A stretch of 33,087 nucleotides of DNA from Minisyncoccota bacterium (GTDB lineage Bacteria > Patescibacteriota > Minisyncoccia > UBA6257): positions 1 to 33,087 of the forward strand of contig DASRPB010000018.1 in assembly GCA_035646575.1 (NCBI GenBank), read 5' to 3'. Positions 7,854-17,156 of the stretch are shown in pieces; position 1 is the stretch's first letter; each line of letters starts with the position of its first letter. A program made the translations under genes and the position numbers. The notes below the pieces were generated by a model. It was not told where the DNA came from and did no database searches. It worked only from the letters and a program-made list of their open reading frames with translations.

Positions 7854-9776
7854 TTATTCCAGAATTGCCTTTATCCTTCTAATTCCTGCGCTTGATGATT
7901 CTTCTTTTATAATTCTAAAATGCCCCAATTTACCAGTATGTTCTATATGAGGACCACCACAAATTTCTTTTGAAAAAAAATCATTGTTTTTACCGATTGT
8001 ATAAACTTTTACTTTTTCCCCATATTTTGATTCAAAAACTCCTATTGCTCCTTGTTCTTTAGCATCTTTCAATAATATTTCTTCAAAAAATATTGGTAAA
8101 TCTTTTTGAATTACTTCGTTTACTATTTTTTCAACTTCTACCTTTTGTTCATTAGTAAGTTTTTCAGTATGAGAAAAATCAAAACGAAGACGTTCTGCAG
8201 TAATGTTCGAACCTTTTTGTTCCACATGATCTCCTAATACTTTTCTTAAGGCAGCCAAGAGAAGATGACAACAAGTATGAAGTTTTTTCGTTTCATCAGA
8301 AACATCAGCCAAACCACCTTTAAATTTACCTTTAGTAGCAGTTCTGGAAATCTCTTGATGCTTTTTGAGCTCTACCTTAAATAACTTTAAAAAGTTTTCC
8401 TCTATTCCTTGTGGCATTAAAATCCCACCATTTTTAATTCTTTTTTTATTTATTTCTTCGATACTTAATTCAATAGGAAAGCCGTGAGTTTGATACAAAT
8501 TAAATAAAAATTTTGCATCTAAACGAAACTCTTTCCAATTACCTTTATAATTATTAAATAATTTTTCCAACTCTTTTAATCCATTTTCCAAGGTTTTATT
8601 AAACTTAATCTCTTCTTCTCCTAAGTTATTTGATAAAAATTCAAAATTACAAACTAATTGAGGATAAACATATTCATAATCATTAACTATAATCTTTGCT
8701 ATATCCTTAATCCAAAATTCTTTTTGAATACCTATTTGCCGACCATAACGAATAGCCCTTCGAATTAATCGACGAACTATATACCCTTGATCAACATTAG
8801 AAGGAATAATTCCTTTATCATCACCCATAATAAAAGTAGCAGCTTTTAAATGATCAGCAATAATCTCAAATGATTGCATATTATCTTGATATTTTTGACC
8901 TGATAATTCTTCAATTTTCTTAATAACATTAATAAATAAGTCTGTTTCAAAGATATTATTTTTATCCTGACTTACCATAGTAATTCGTTCTAAACCGCCT
9001 CCAAAATCTACATTTTTTTGAGGTAAAGGTTCAAACCCTTTTTTAGAACGAATAAATTCTATAAAAACGCTATTACCAATTTCAATAAAACGTCCACAAT
9101 TACAATTAACATGACAAGGTTGATTACTCCACTTAGAATTTTCGTGGCGTTTTAAATCTTCTCCTAAATCATAAAAAACTTCGCTATCTGGTCCACCAAT
9201 TTCCCCTACTGGCATATTGATCGGAATTCCTGAACGTGACCACCAATTTTTAGTTTCGTCATAATAAAAGATACGACCTTTTTGAAGTCCATCTTTTTCA
9301 AAATAGTCAATATCATTAGCTTCAATTCCATTTTTTTTAAAAATATCTTTCCAAATCTCAACGGATTCTGAGTCTTTATCAATGCAAATGTCTTTATTAC
9401 CTCGAAAAACGGTAACGTAGATTCTTTTAGGATCTAGTTTTATCTCTTCAACTAAAAATTCAAACAACCAATTTAATTGCTCTTTTTTAAAATAATCACC
9501 TAATGACCAATTGCCTAACATTTCAAAAAAAGTAGTATGACGATTATCTCCTACTTCTTCAATATCTTCAGCACGAAATGATTTTTGAACATTTACTAAC
9601 CGCTTACCTCCAGGATGAGGCTCTCCCATTAAATATGGTACCAGAGGCTGCATACCCGAACCAGTAAATAAAGTAGTCGGATCATTTTCTGGAATTAAAG
9701 AAGCAGAAGAAATTATTTTATGCCCTTTTTCTTCAAAAAATTTTAAAAACTTTTCTCTTAATTCTTTTGAATCCAT
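7854..9776 (-). CDS. alaS: Alanine--tRNA ligase, short form ending right after the editing domain
   Basis: Class II AlaRS motifs (FTGSGMQPL, RHTTFFEMLGNWSLGDYFK). Editing-domain zinc motifs HTCCH (HxxxH) and CGGPH (CxxxH). The protein ends about 30 aa after CxxxH. Confidence 0.92.
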   Translation of the reverse strand: MDSKELREKFLKFFEEKGHKIISSASLIPENDPTTLFTGSGMQPLVPYLMGEPHPGGKRLVNVQKSFRAEDIEEVGDNRHTTFFEMLGNWSLGDYFKKEQLNWLFEFLVEEIKLDPKRIYVTVFRGNKDICIDKDSESVEIWKDIFKKNGIEANDIDYFEKDGLQKGRIFYYDETKNWWSRSGIPINMPVGEIGGPDSEVFYDLGEDLKRHENSKWSNQPCHVNCNCGRFIEIGNSVFIEFIRSKKGFEPLPQKNVDFGGGLERITMVSQDKNNIFETDLFINVIKKIEELSGQKYQDNMQSFEIIADHLKAATFIMGDDKGIIPSNVDQGYIVRRLIRRAIRYGRQIGIQKEFWIKDIAKIIVNDYEYVYPQLVCNFEFLSNNLGEEEIKFNKTLENGLKELEKLFNNYKGNWKEFRLDAKFLFNLYQTHGFPIELSIEEINKKRIKNGGILMPQGIEENFLKLFKVELKKHQEISRTATKGKFKGGLADVSDETKKLHTCCHLLLAALRKVLGDHVEQKGSNITAERLRFDFSHTEKLTNEQKVEVEKIVNEVIQKDLPIFFEEILLKDAKEQGAIGVFESKYGEKVKVYTIGKNNDFFSKEICGGPHIEHTGKLGHFRIIKEESSSAGIRRIKAILE

Positions 9777-9796
9777 AAACTTATTGATTGTAACCT

Positions 9797-11071
9797 TTAA
9801 AGATACCTTTGTTCTTTTAATACTTCCTTTACTACTTGCCTATCATCAAAAGGAACCACTTTTTTTCCATAATCCATTGTTTTTTCGTTTCCCCTTCCTA
9901 AAATCACTATTAAATCCCCCTCATTAGCCTGTTTTATTGCTTCTTGAATTGCTTCTTTTCTATTTAAAAAAGATAAATATCTATCTAAAGAAATATTCTT
10001 TTTTTTCATAAAACCTAGGAAGTCATCAATGCTTTTCTGCGGAGATTCTTCTTGCGGATCATCTTCTGTGATAATAGTTAAATCAAAAAAATCAGTTGCT
10101 ATTTCTGCTAATTTTTCTCTTTCTTTTAATGGACTTTCTCCAAAATTCCCATAAACAGCAATTTTTTTCTTAGGATTTAAAATTTTAATAAAATCTATTA
10201 TCCCACAAAAGCCTGCTGGCGTATTTGCCTTATCTACAATAATAGAAAAAGGTTGTTTACCGTTTATGTATTCTAACCGTCCAGGAATATTTTTTAAACT
10301 CTCTAAACCCATTCTTAGTTTTTCAACACTGAAAGAGAATTTATGTACAGCACCAATAGCTGCTAAAGCATTAAAGATATTAAACAACCCTGGTAAGGGT
10401 AAATTAATAGAAAAAGATTCATCCTTGTAATGAATAATAACTTTATTCTCTGTTTTAGTAATTTCTTGTATATCCATCCATAAATCACAGGTTTTATCAA
10501 GACCAAAACTTAAAATTTGAGCTTGCGTATTTTTAGAAAATAAATCAAAATATTCACTTTTTTTTGGTAAAACAGCGATTGATGTTGGTTTTAAATTACG
10601 AAAAAGCTTTAATTTTGCTGAAACATAATTATTCATACTACCATGAAGAGTAATATGATGATTAAAGGAAATATTAGTTAAAGCTGCTACTGAAAAATTT
10701 AATCCATAAACCCGTTCATACATCAAACCAAATGAAGAAACTTCAATAACTACAACTTTTAAACCTTTCTTTACCATTTTTCTTAACAAAAAATTCAGAA
10801 AAAATGGGTCAGGTGTTGTTGCTGGAACATGCGCCTTAGGATATACTATTTCATTTCCAATATAATAACCAGCAGTACTAATTAAACCTGTTTTTATTCC
10901 ATTAGCTTCTAATATATTTTTTATCATAAAAGCTGTAGTAGTCTTGCCAGTAGTTCCTGTAATACCAATAATTGTAAGATTGCGCCCTGGAAAACCAAAT
11001 CTTAAGCCAGCTAAAAAAGCAATTGTTTTTCGCAATAAAGAATTCTTTTTTATTTCATTCAATAAACTCAT
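9797..11071 (-). CDS. murE: Mur ligase family protein, MurE-like (UDP-MurNAc-L-Ala-D-Glu:amino acid ligase)
   Basis: P-loop GITGTTGKTTT. TTPDP, EVSSFG, TNIS.NH....HGSMNNYVSAKLKLF and DKANTP motifs parallel MurE. TEDDPQEESP aligns with the MurE TDDNPRTEEP segment. Substrate specificity is uncertain. Confidence 0.75.
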   Translation of the reverse strand: MSLLNEIKKNSLLRKTIAFLAGLRFGFPGRNLTIIGITGTTGKTTTAFMIKNILEANGIKTGLISTAGYYIGNEIVYPKAHVPATTPDPFFLNFLLRKMVKKGLKVVVIEVSSFGLMYERVYGLNFSVAALTNISFNHHITLHGSMNNYVSAKLKLFRNLKPTSIAVLPKKSEYFDLFSKNTQAQILSFGLDKTCDLWMDIQEITKTENKVIIHYKDESFSINLPLPGLFNIFNALAAIGAVHKFSFSVEKLRMGLESLKNIPGRLEYINGKQPFSIIVDKANTPAGFCGIIDFIKILNPKKKIAVYGNFGESPLKEREKLAEIATDFFDLTIITEDDPQEESPQKSIDDFLGFMKKKNISLDRYLSFLNRKEAIQEAIKQANEGDLIVILGRGNEKTMDYGKKVVPFDDRQVVKEVLKEQRYL

Positions 11072-11078
11072 TTAACTT

Positions 11079-12323
11079 TTATTTTAAAAATTCTTTTAAT
11101 CTACCAGATTGAGGGTGCTCACTAAGTTTTTCCAATGTCTTAGCTTCTATCTGTCTAATTCTTTCTCTTGTTACTCCAAAAGCCTTTCCCACCTCTTCTA
11201 ACGTATGAGTAATCTCATCTTCCAAACCAAATCTCATTTTTATAATTTCTCTTTCTCTTTCAGCTAACTCACTCATAATTTTTTCTAATTCACTTTTTAA
11301 TAATTCTCTCTCTGTATGATCATCGGGAGTAATTGTTTTGGTGTCTGAAATAAAATCTCCTAGCTGACTACCACCATCCTCATCTCCTACTGGTTGATTT
11401 AAAGACGAAGTGCTTTGAGAAATTGTCATAAGATAAAGAATTTCATCAACTTCTTTTCCCATCTCAAAAGCTATTTCTTCTGGCAAAGGATCTCTCCCTA
11501 ATGCCTGAGATAATGATCTTCTTGCTTTCAAATATTTAGTAATTGTTTCAACCATATGAACAGGAATACGAATTGTTCTTCCTTGATCAGCTAAAGCGCG
11601 TGTAATTGCTTGTCTAATCCACCAAGTAGCATAAGTAGAAAATTTAAACCCTCTTTTGTAATCAAATTTATCAACAGCTTTAGAAAGTCCAATATTCCCC
11701 TCTTGAATTAAATCTAATAAACCTAAATTTCTACTTCTGCCGATATAACGCTTAGCAATAGAAACAACTAAACGAAGGTTAGCTTCTATCATCTTTCGTC
11801 TTGCTTGTTCATCTCCATCGTCCACCTTTTTAGCTAATTCTCTTTCTTCTTCACGAGTTAGAAGAGAAACTTTTCCTATTTCCCTTAAATATGATTGAAC
11901 AGCTCCTGATAATACTCTAGAACCTGAAACCTTTAAAGCATTCTTTAGTTCTTTCTCGGAAATTTCTTTATCTAGTATCAATAAATCTCCGCTTTCTACA
12001 ACATCAATATTAACTCCAGCCAAAGAATCATAGAGTTTTTCCAAGAGCTTAATATCTGATTCAATGCGCGGAAAATATTTTAAAATTTCATCTTGAGTAA
12101 TAAATCCTCGTGATTTACCTCTTTCAATCAATGCATCAATTCTTTCTTGTATTTTTCCTTTTTTAGACGGTTTTTTTGCTTTTTTGATATTCTTAATTTT
12201 ATTGATTTTTCTAACGTTTTTAGTTTTCTTTACTTTCTTTATTTTTTCCACCTTTCTTATTTTTTTTACAATCTTCACTTTCTTTACTTTTTTCATTTTT
12301 TTGATTTTTTTAATTTGTTTCAT
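11079..12323 (-). CDS. rpoD: RNA polymerase sigma factor, primary sigma-70 type, with a highly basic repetitive N-terminus
   Basis: Region 2 ([40 protein letters not shown]), region 3, and region 4 ([24 protein letters not shown]). Directly downstream of dnaG. Confidence 0.93.
   Translation of the reverse strand: MKQIKKIKKMKKVKKVKIVKKIRKVEKIKKVKKTKNVRKINKIKNIKKAKKPSKKGKIQERIDALIERGKSRGFITQDEILKYFPRIESDIKLLEKLYDSLAGVNIDVVESGDLLILDKEISEKELKNALKVSGSRVLSGAVQSYLREIGKVSLLTREEERELAKKVDDGDEQARRKMIEANLRLVVSIAKRYIGRSRNLGLLDLIQEGNIGLSKAVDKFDYKRGFKFSTYATWWIRQAITRALADQGRTIRIPVHMVETITKYLKARRSLSQALGRDPLPEEIAFEMGKEVDEILYLMTISQSTSSLNQPVGDEDGGSQLGDFISDTKTITPDDHTERELLKSELEKIMSELAEREREIIKMRFGLEDEITHTLEEVGKAFGVTRERIRQIEAKTLEKLSEHPQSGRLKEFLK
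12177..12311 (-). repeat. Degenerate 9-bp (three-codon) periodicity encoding 15 x (K/R/N/E)-K-(I/V/M) inside the rpoD N-terminus
   Basis: The protein reads [45 protein letters not shown]. The plus-strand DNA shows recurring ctttcttta/cttttttca-like 9-mers. Confidence 0.8.
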
Positions 12324-12324
12324 A

Positions 12325-14121
12325 TTAATTTAATAATTGTTTTGATAATTCATTAAATTTTGTTATTAAATCCTTTAATGTTTTTTTATCTTCATTTTTT
12401 TCAGCAACACGAATTTCTTTTTCCATTCCCTCTAATCTTTTCTTAATATATTCTTTTTTTAATTCCCTTAATTCTTTTTCAAATTCTTCTTCAATAGAAA
12501 CCTGAAATTTCTCCAATAATTCTGTCTCATAATCAGCCCTTAACGCTAATTGATTAATTTGATTAATTAGTCCCTCTGGTAAATTTACTTTCTTCAAGCT
12601 TTTTGTACTTAAATCTTCTCCCGAAGAAATGTTTTTAATGACTTGAAAAATCGTTTGAAAACTCTCTGGAAAATATGATTCATAACTAGAAGCCTCTTTC
12701 TTTAATGAAGGCATTTTTATTAAAAAAGAAATTATCCTTTCGGCTATACCATCTATTCGCGATCGCAATTGAGTAGCAGGAAATTGATAAAGAGATTCAT
12801 TTTCATCAACGATCAATTCATCACCTCCTTCTTGTAACCTATTTAATTCATCTTCAAGAGCCTGATCAGGAATATTGATAAACCGCGAGAGTTTATTTAT
12901 CCAAAAAGATCTATCTAAAACATTATTAAGTTTTTTAATTTTAGGAAGGAAATAAGAAGCAATTGCTTTTTTACCATCAATATTAGTTTTATCGCCTTCA
13001 TTTTGGGCTCTGGCAAAATAAAAATCCATTATTGCCTCCGCCTTTTTTACTAAATCCTTAATATTTACTTTGTTCTCTTTGTCCATAAGAAAATCAGCTA
13101 AATCTTTTCCTTCAGATAATCTAAGGATTTTTACATTAAATTCTTTAGATAAAGCTAATTCAATACCTCTTTCAGCTGCTTTTTCTCCCGCTTCATCCAT
13201 ATCAAAGCCTAAAACTAAAGTATCATTATACCTTTTTAAAATCTTTAATTGATAAGGAGTCAAAGCTGTTCCTGAAGTAGCTACCATATTTTTTATCCCT
13301 GATTGCCAAGCAGCCAAAAAGTCCATTTGACCTTCTACTAATAAAGTATTTTCTTCCGAACGAAGATAATTTTTACTTTTAGATAAACCATAAAGAATTT
13401 TACTTTTATCAAAAATCAAAGTTTGCGGACTATTAATATACTTTCCTATTTTTTCTATATCCCTGATTGTTTTCAAAGAAGCTGTACCTTGAAAAATTCT
13501 ACCGGTAAAAGCAACTATATTATTAGAAGAATCCTCTATTGGAAACATAATCCGTGAACGAAAACGATCATAAATATCTGTGTTTTTAGGGATAGCCAAA
13601 CCACTAGCTAATATTTCATTTGATTTAAATCCTTTCTTCACAAGAAAATTACTAAGTTCATTCCATTCATCAGAAGCCCAACCAAGATGAAATTCTTTTA
13701 TTGTTTCTTCTTTCAGTCCTCTTTTTAAAAGATAATCTATCACTGCTTTTTCTTTCCAAAGATTCTGTTCAAAAAATCCCGCTGCTTCTTTATTAACATC
13801 AATTATTCTCTGCTTCTGAGAACGTACTTGAGGATTTTCGTAAACTAGATCTACCCCCGCCTTTTGAGCTAATATTTTCAATGCTTCTTTAAATTCAATA
13901 TTTTCTATCTTTATTATAAAAGAAAAAATGTCACCACCTAGAGAACAACCAAAACAATGCCAAATCTGACGAGATGGAGAAACAAAAAACGAAGGGGTTT
14001 TTTCCTTATGAAAAGGACAAAGGCCTCTATAGTTAGCCCCTGCTTTTTGTAACTTTACATACTGCCCTATTACTTCAACAATATCTAATTTATTTTTTAT
14101 TTCTTCAGAAGAAGATTGCAT
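12325..14121 (-). CDS. dnaG: DNA primase
   Basis: N-terminal zinc ribbon ([25 protein letters not shown]) and TOPRIM region (LVEGQMDFL...[12 protein letters not shown]). dnaG-rpoD adjacency. Confidence 0.93.
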   Translation of the reverse strand: MQSSSEEIKNKLDIVEVIGQYVKLQKAGANYRGLCPFHKEKTPSFFVSPSRQIWHCFGCSLGGDIFSFIIKIENIEFKEALKILAQKAGVDLVYENPQVRSQKQRIIDVNKEAAGFFEQNLWKEKAVIDYLLKRGLKEETIKEFHLGWASDEWNELSNFLVKKGFKSNEILASGLAIPKNTDIYDRFRSRIMFPIEDSSNNIVAFTGRIFQGTASLKTIRDIEKIGKYINSPQTLIFDKSKILYGLSKSKNYLRSEENTLLVEGQMDFLAAWQSGIKNMVATSGTALTPYQLKILKRYNDTLVLGFDMDEAGEKAAERGIELALSKEFNVKILRLSEGKDLADFLMDKENKVNIKDLVKKAEAIMDFYFARAQNEGDKTNIDGKKAIASYFLPKIKKLNNVLDRSFWINKLSRFINIPDQALEDELNRLQEGGDELIVDENESLYQFPATQLRSRIDGIAERIISFLIKMPSLKKEASSYESYFPESFQTIFQVIKNISSGEDLSTKSLKKVNLPEGLINQINQLALRADYETELLEKFQVSIEEEFEKELRELKKEYIKKRLEGMEKEIRVAEKNEDKKTLKDLITKFNELSKQLLN

Positions 14122-14134
14122 TTTTTAATAATTC

Positions 14135-14500
14135 TTAAAATTTGAAAATGACTTTAGGAAGGAATATTATAAATCCTAAAATTAAAGCAGTCAAACAAGT
14201 TAAAAAAACTACTCCTGCAATTAAATCTTTAATCATTCTGATGTTATCAGAAATATATGGTTCTAGAAAATCTAATGTTCTCTCAAGGACAGTATTCAAT
14301 ATTTCTAAGCTAAGAATAAAGCCTACAAGGGAAATTATTATTAACCATTCAAAATAAGAAATATGTAACCAAAATCCTAATATTAATGTTCCTATTGCTA
14401 TAAGAACCATTAAAAAAAAATTCTGCTGTAAAAACACATATTTTATTCCCTGAAAAGCATTATATATGCTTTTAAGGAATCTTTTAAAGGAAAGTTTCAT
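14135..14500 (-). CDS. dgkA: Diacylglycerol kinase / undecaprenol kinase family membrane protein
   Basis: 121 aa with three hydrophobic helices. Family-like motifs LEILNTVLERTLD and IKDLIAGVVF. Confidence 0.8.
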   Translation of the reverse strand: MKLSFKRFLKSIYNAFQGIKYVFLQQNFFLMVLIAIGTLILGFWLHISYFEWLIIISLVGFILSLEILNTVLERTLDFLEPYISDNIRMIKDLIAGVVFLTCLTALILGFIIFLPKVIFKF

Positions 14501-15594
14501 TTGAAATCTCTTTTTAATTTGTTTTTTCTATTATAATTTTCAATAGCCAATTCAATTAATTTATCTATTAATTTTGAATATTTTATTCCTGAAACTTGCC
14601 ATAATTTAGGATACATACTAATTTGAGTAAATCCAGGAATAGTATTTGCCTCATTAACTATTAATTGTCCATTTGGTTTTAAGAAAACATCTATTCGAGC
14701 CATTCCTTGTAATTTTAATGTTTGAAATACTTTAATGCTTAATTTTTGCACTTTTTTAATCAACTCTTTTGATAAAGGAGCAGGAATTAATAATTTTGCA
14801 TCTTCAGAATTCAAATATTTTGCCTCATAAGAATAAAAAGAACTAGATTTTACTTCTCCTGGTAAAGAAGCTTTAGGATATAAATTACCTAGTACCGAGC
14901 ATTCAATCTCCCTTCCATTAATAAATTTCTCAATAATAATCTCTGTATCGTATTTAAAAGCTTCTTTAATGGCTTTATCAACTTCTTTTTTATTAAAAAC
15001 TTTAGATACTCCAACTGAAGACCCTAAAGAAACAGGTTTGATAAAAATTGGAAAATGAAATTCTTTTATAAATCGATTAACTTTATTTTTCCTTTCTGTC
15101 GATTTATCTTCCTTCTTAATAACGACAGATTCTGCTACGGGTATTTTTTCGAGCATTAATAATCTTTTTGCTATTTCTTTATCCATTGCTATGGCTGACC
15201 CTAAAACTCCTGCACTCACATAAGGAATATCTAAAAGTTCAAAAAATCCCTGTAAACAACCATCTTCTCCGTAAGTACCATGAATTAATGGAAAAAATAT
15301 ATCTATTCCGATTATATTTTTCTTTTTCTTTAAACTAAATACCTGACTACGTTTTTTAGATTTTAAAAGAACGATTTCTTCTAAATTAGATTTTAATTTC
15401 CATAACTGGTTTTTCGTATTAATAATATCTTCAAAATTATAACTAAAATACCACCTTCCTTTTTTATCAATAGCTATAATTATTGCTCTATACTTTTTTT
15501 TATCTATATTATTGTAAACGTAAAAAGCAGAACGTAGGGACACTTCGTGCTCTCCACTCTTCCCGCCACAAACAACAGCAACAGTTTTTTTCAT
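14497..15594 (-). CDS. ddl: D-alanine--D-alanine ligase
   Basis: VAVVCGGKSGEHEVSLRSA start, HGTYGEDGCLQGFFELLDIPYV, ATP-grasp motifs and C-terminal NEANTIPGFT. 4-nt ATGA overlap with dgkA. Confidence 0.93.
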   Translation of the reverse strand: MKKTVAVVCGGKSGEHEVSLRSAFYVYNNIDKKKYRAIIIAIDKKGRWYFSYNFEDIINTKNQLWKLKSNLEEIVLLKSKKRSQVFSLKKKKNIIGIDIFFPLIHGTYGEDGCLQGFFELLDIPYVSAGVLGSAIAMDKEIAKRLLMLEKIPVAESVVIKKEDKSTERKNKVNRFIKEFHFPIFIKPVSLGSSVGVSKVFNKKEVDKAIKEAFKYDTEIIIEKFINGREIECSVLGNLYPKASLPGEVKSSSFYSYEAKYLNSEDAKLLIPAPLSKELIKKVQKLSIKVFQTLKLQGMARIDVFLKPNGQLIVNEANTIPGFTQISMYPKLWQVSGIKYSKLIDKLIELAIENYNRKNKLKRDFK

Positions 15595-15601
15595 ATTTTA
15601 A

Positions 15602-17152
15602 CTAGGTATCTTTACGAAAGATATTTTTAATTATTTCTTTTATTTCCCCCTTCTTAGGTTCGACTTTAGAACCATAGTGATGAGCAGAATTTGTTTGCCT
15701 TGAATTTTCTCCTCTTTGCATTCTTATTTCCTTAAAACATTCATCGCAATAAACAGGTCTAGCAGGATCAGGCTGAAAAGGCACAATAATTTTTTTCCCA
15801 CAATGAGTACATATTGCTTCCCAACCATCTTTAATTCCAACTTTTTTATCTCTGAGATCTGACTCTTTAAAACTTGGAGAAAAATCTAATAATTCCCAAT
15901 GCGCAATTTTCTTTTCAACTTCCTGCCGTAAAGAAGCATAATGTTCGCGTGAGTACTGAATTATTTCTTGTATAAATGGCCGTTCTGGTAAACTAGCAGG
16001 CGGTATATTCATCGCTGAAAAACTTTTAGATAAAACGCCGTCTATCATTAATTTTATATAAAAATTAAAATTTGGAAGATTAATTAAATCTTCCTTTGTA
16101 AATTCTGGAGCAAAATATTTTTCTAATAATTCTGCATCCTGGGGACCAAGCCTAAAAGAAACCAAAGTCCCTACATTACCAAAAATAGAATCTCTAACCT
16201 GTTCATTGAGTTGAGTTATATATTGATGAGCTAATGTTAAATCTAAACGATATTTTCTAGCTTCAGCAAAAATAGAAGCGAATGATTCTGTAGAAAAATT
16301 CTGAAACTCATCTACATATAAATAAAAATCTTTTCTTTTCTCTTCAGGAACATCTATACGACTCATTGCCGCTAATTGTATTTTTGTAACTAAAAGAGCT
16401 CCTAAAAGACTAGAGTTGTCTTCTCCAACCATACCTTTTGATAAATTAGCTAGAAGGATTTTACCTTCATCCATTATTTCCCTAATATCAATCTTTGATT
16501 CTTTCTGCCCAATGATATTTCTAATTAAAGGATTGGAGATAAATTGCCCAACTTTATTCTGAATTGGAGCAATTGCTTCTGTAGCAAAACGAGCATTATA
16601 ACGAGCAAATTCTCTTTCCCAAAAAGATCTTACAATAGGATCTGTTACCTTTTTCATTACTGCTTTACGAAAATCTTCGTCAGAAAGCAATCTATTTACA
16701 GCTAAAAGTGTTGATCCTGGATATTCTAAAAGAGCTAATAAAGCATTATTTAAAATATATTCCATTCTAGCAGACCATACATCTGGCCAAATCTTTTTAA
16801 AAACTCCCATTAAACCTGCTACAACTAAATGACGATATTCTACTGGAACTTCTTCAATAACATTAAAAGCGATTGGCCATTCAACATCGCCAGGATTAAA
16901 ATAAATGACATCTTTTATCCTATTTTCAGGGATAAAATAAAGAATTCTATTTATTAATTCTCCATGAGGATCAATAACACAAACACCTTTTCCATTATTA
17001 ATATCCTGGATGATCATATTTTCCATTACCGTTGTCTTACCTGTTCCACTTTTTCCAATAAGATACATATGCCGACGTCTATCATCAGCTTTAATCCCAA
17101 ATCGTTGGTATTCATCCCTAAAATTTGTTATTCCAATATTATTTAAATCCAT
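15602..17152 (-). CDS. P-loop ATPase resembling type IV secretion coupling proteins (VirD4/TraD/TrwB class). It lacks transmembrane helices and has a C-terminal CxxC-x17-CxxC zinc ribbon.
   Basis: Walker A GKSGTGKTT preceded by RRRHMYLIG. DPHGEL. An all-alpha insert. Walker B YLYVDEFQNF. LAHQYITQL. C-terminal CTHC-17 aa-CDEC at aa 448-472. Confidence 0.7.
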   Translation of the reverse strand: MDLNNIGITNFRDEYQRFGIKADDRRRHMYLIGKSGTGKTTVMENMIIQDINNGKGVCVIDPHGELINRILYFIPENRIKDVIYFNPGDVEWPIAFNVIEEVPVEYRHLVVAGLMGVFKKIWPDVWSARMEYILNNALLALLEYPGSTLLAVNRLLSDEDFRKAVMKKVTDPIVRSFWEREFARYNARFATEAIAPIQNKVGQFISNPLIRNIIGQKESKIDIREIMDEGKILLANLSKGMVGEDNSSLLGALLVTKIQLAAMSRIDVPEEKRKDFYLYVDEFQNFSTESFASIFAEARKYRLDLTLAHQYITQLNEQVRDSIFGNVGTLVSFRLGPQDAELLEKYFAPEFTKEDLINLPNFNFYIKLMIDGVLSKSFSAMNIPPASLPERPFIQEIIQYSREHYASLRQEVEKKIAHWELLDFSPSFKESDLRDKKVGIKDGWEAICTHCGKKIIVPFQPDPARPVYCDECFKEIRMQRGENSRQTNSAHHYGSKVEPKKGEIKEIIKNIFRKDT

Positions 17153-17156
17153 AAAT

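Noticed and set aside
9797-11071. Alternative identities for the Mur ligase (MurC/MurD/MurF, MurT, FolC)
   Set aside because: The TTPDP, EVSS, NH...HGSM..Y..AK..LF and T.DDP.EE.P motifs track MurE most closely by eye. The family call is kept at moderate confidence rather than rejected outright.
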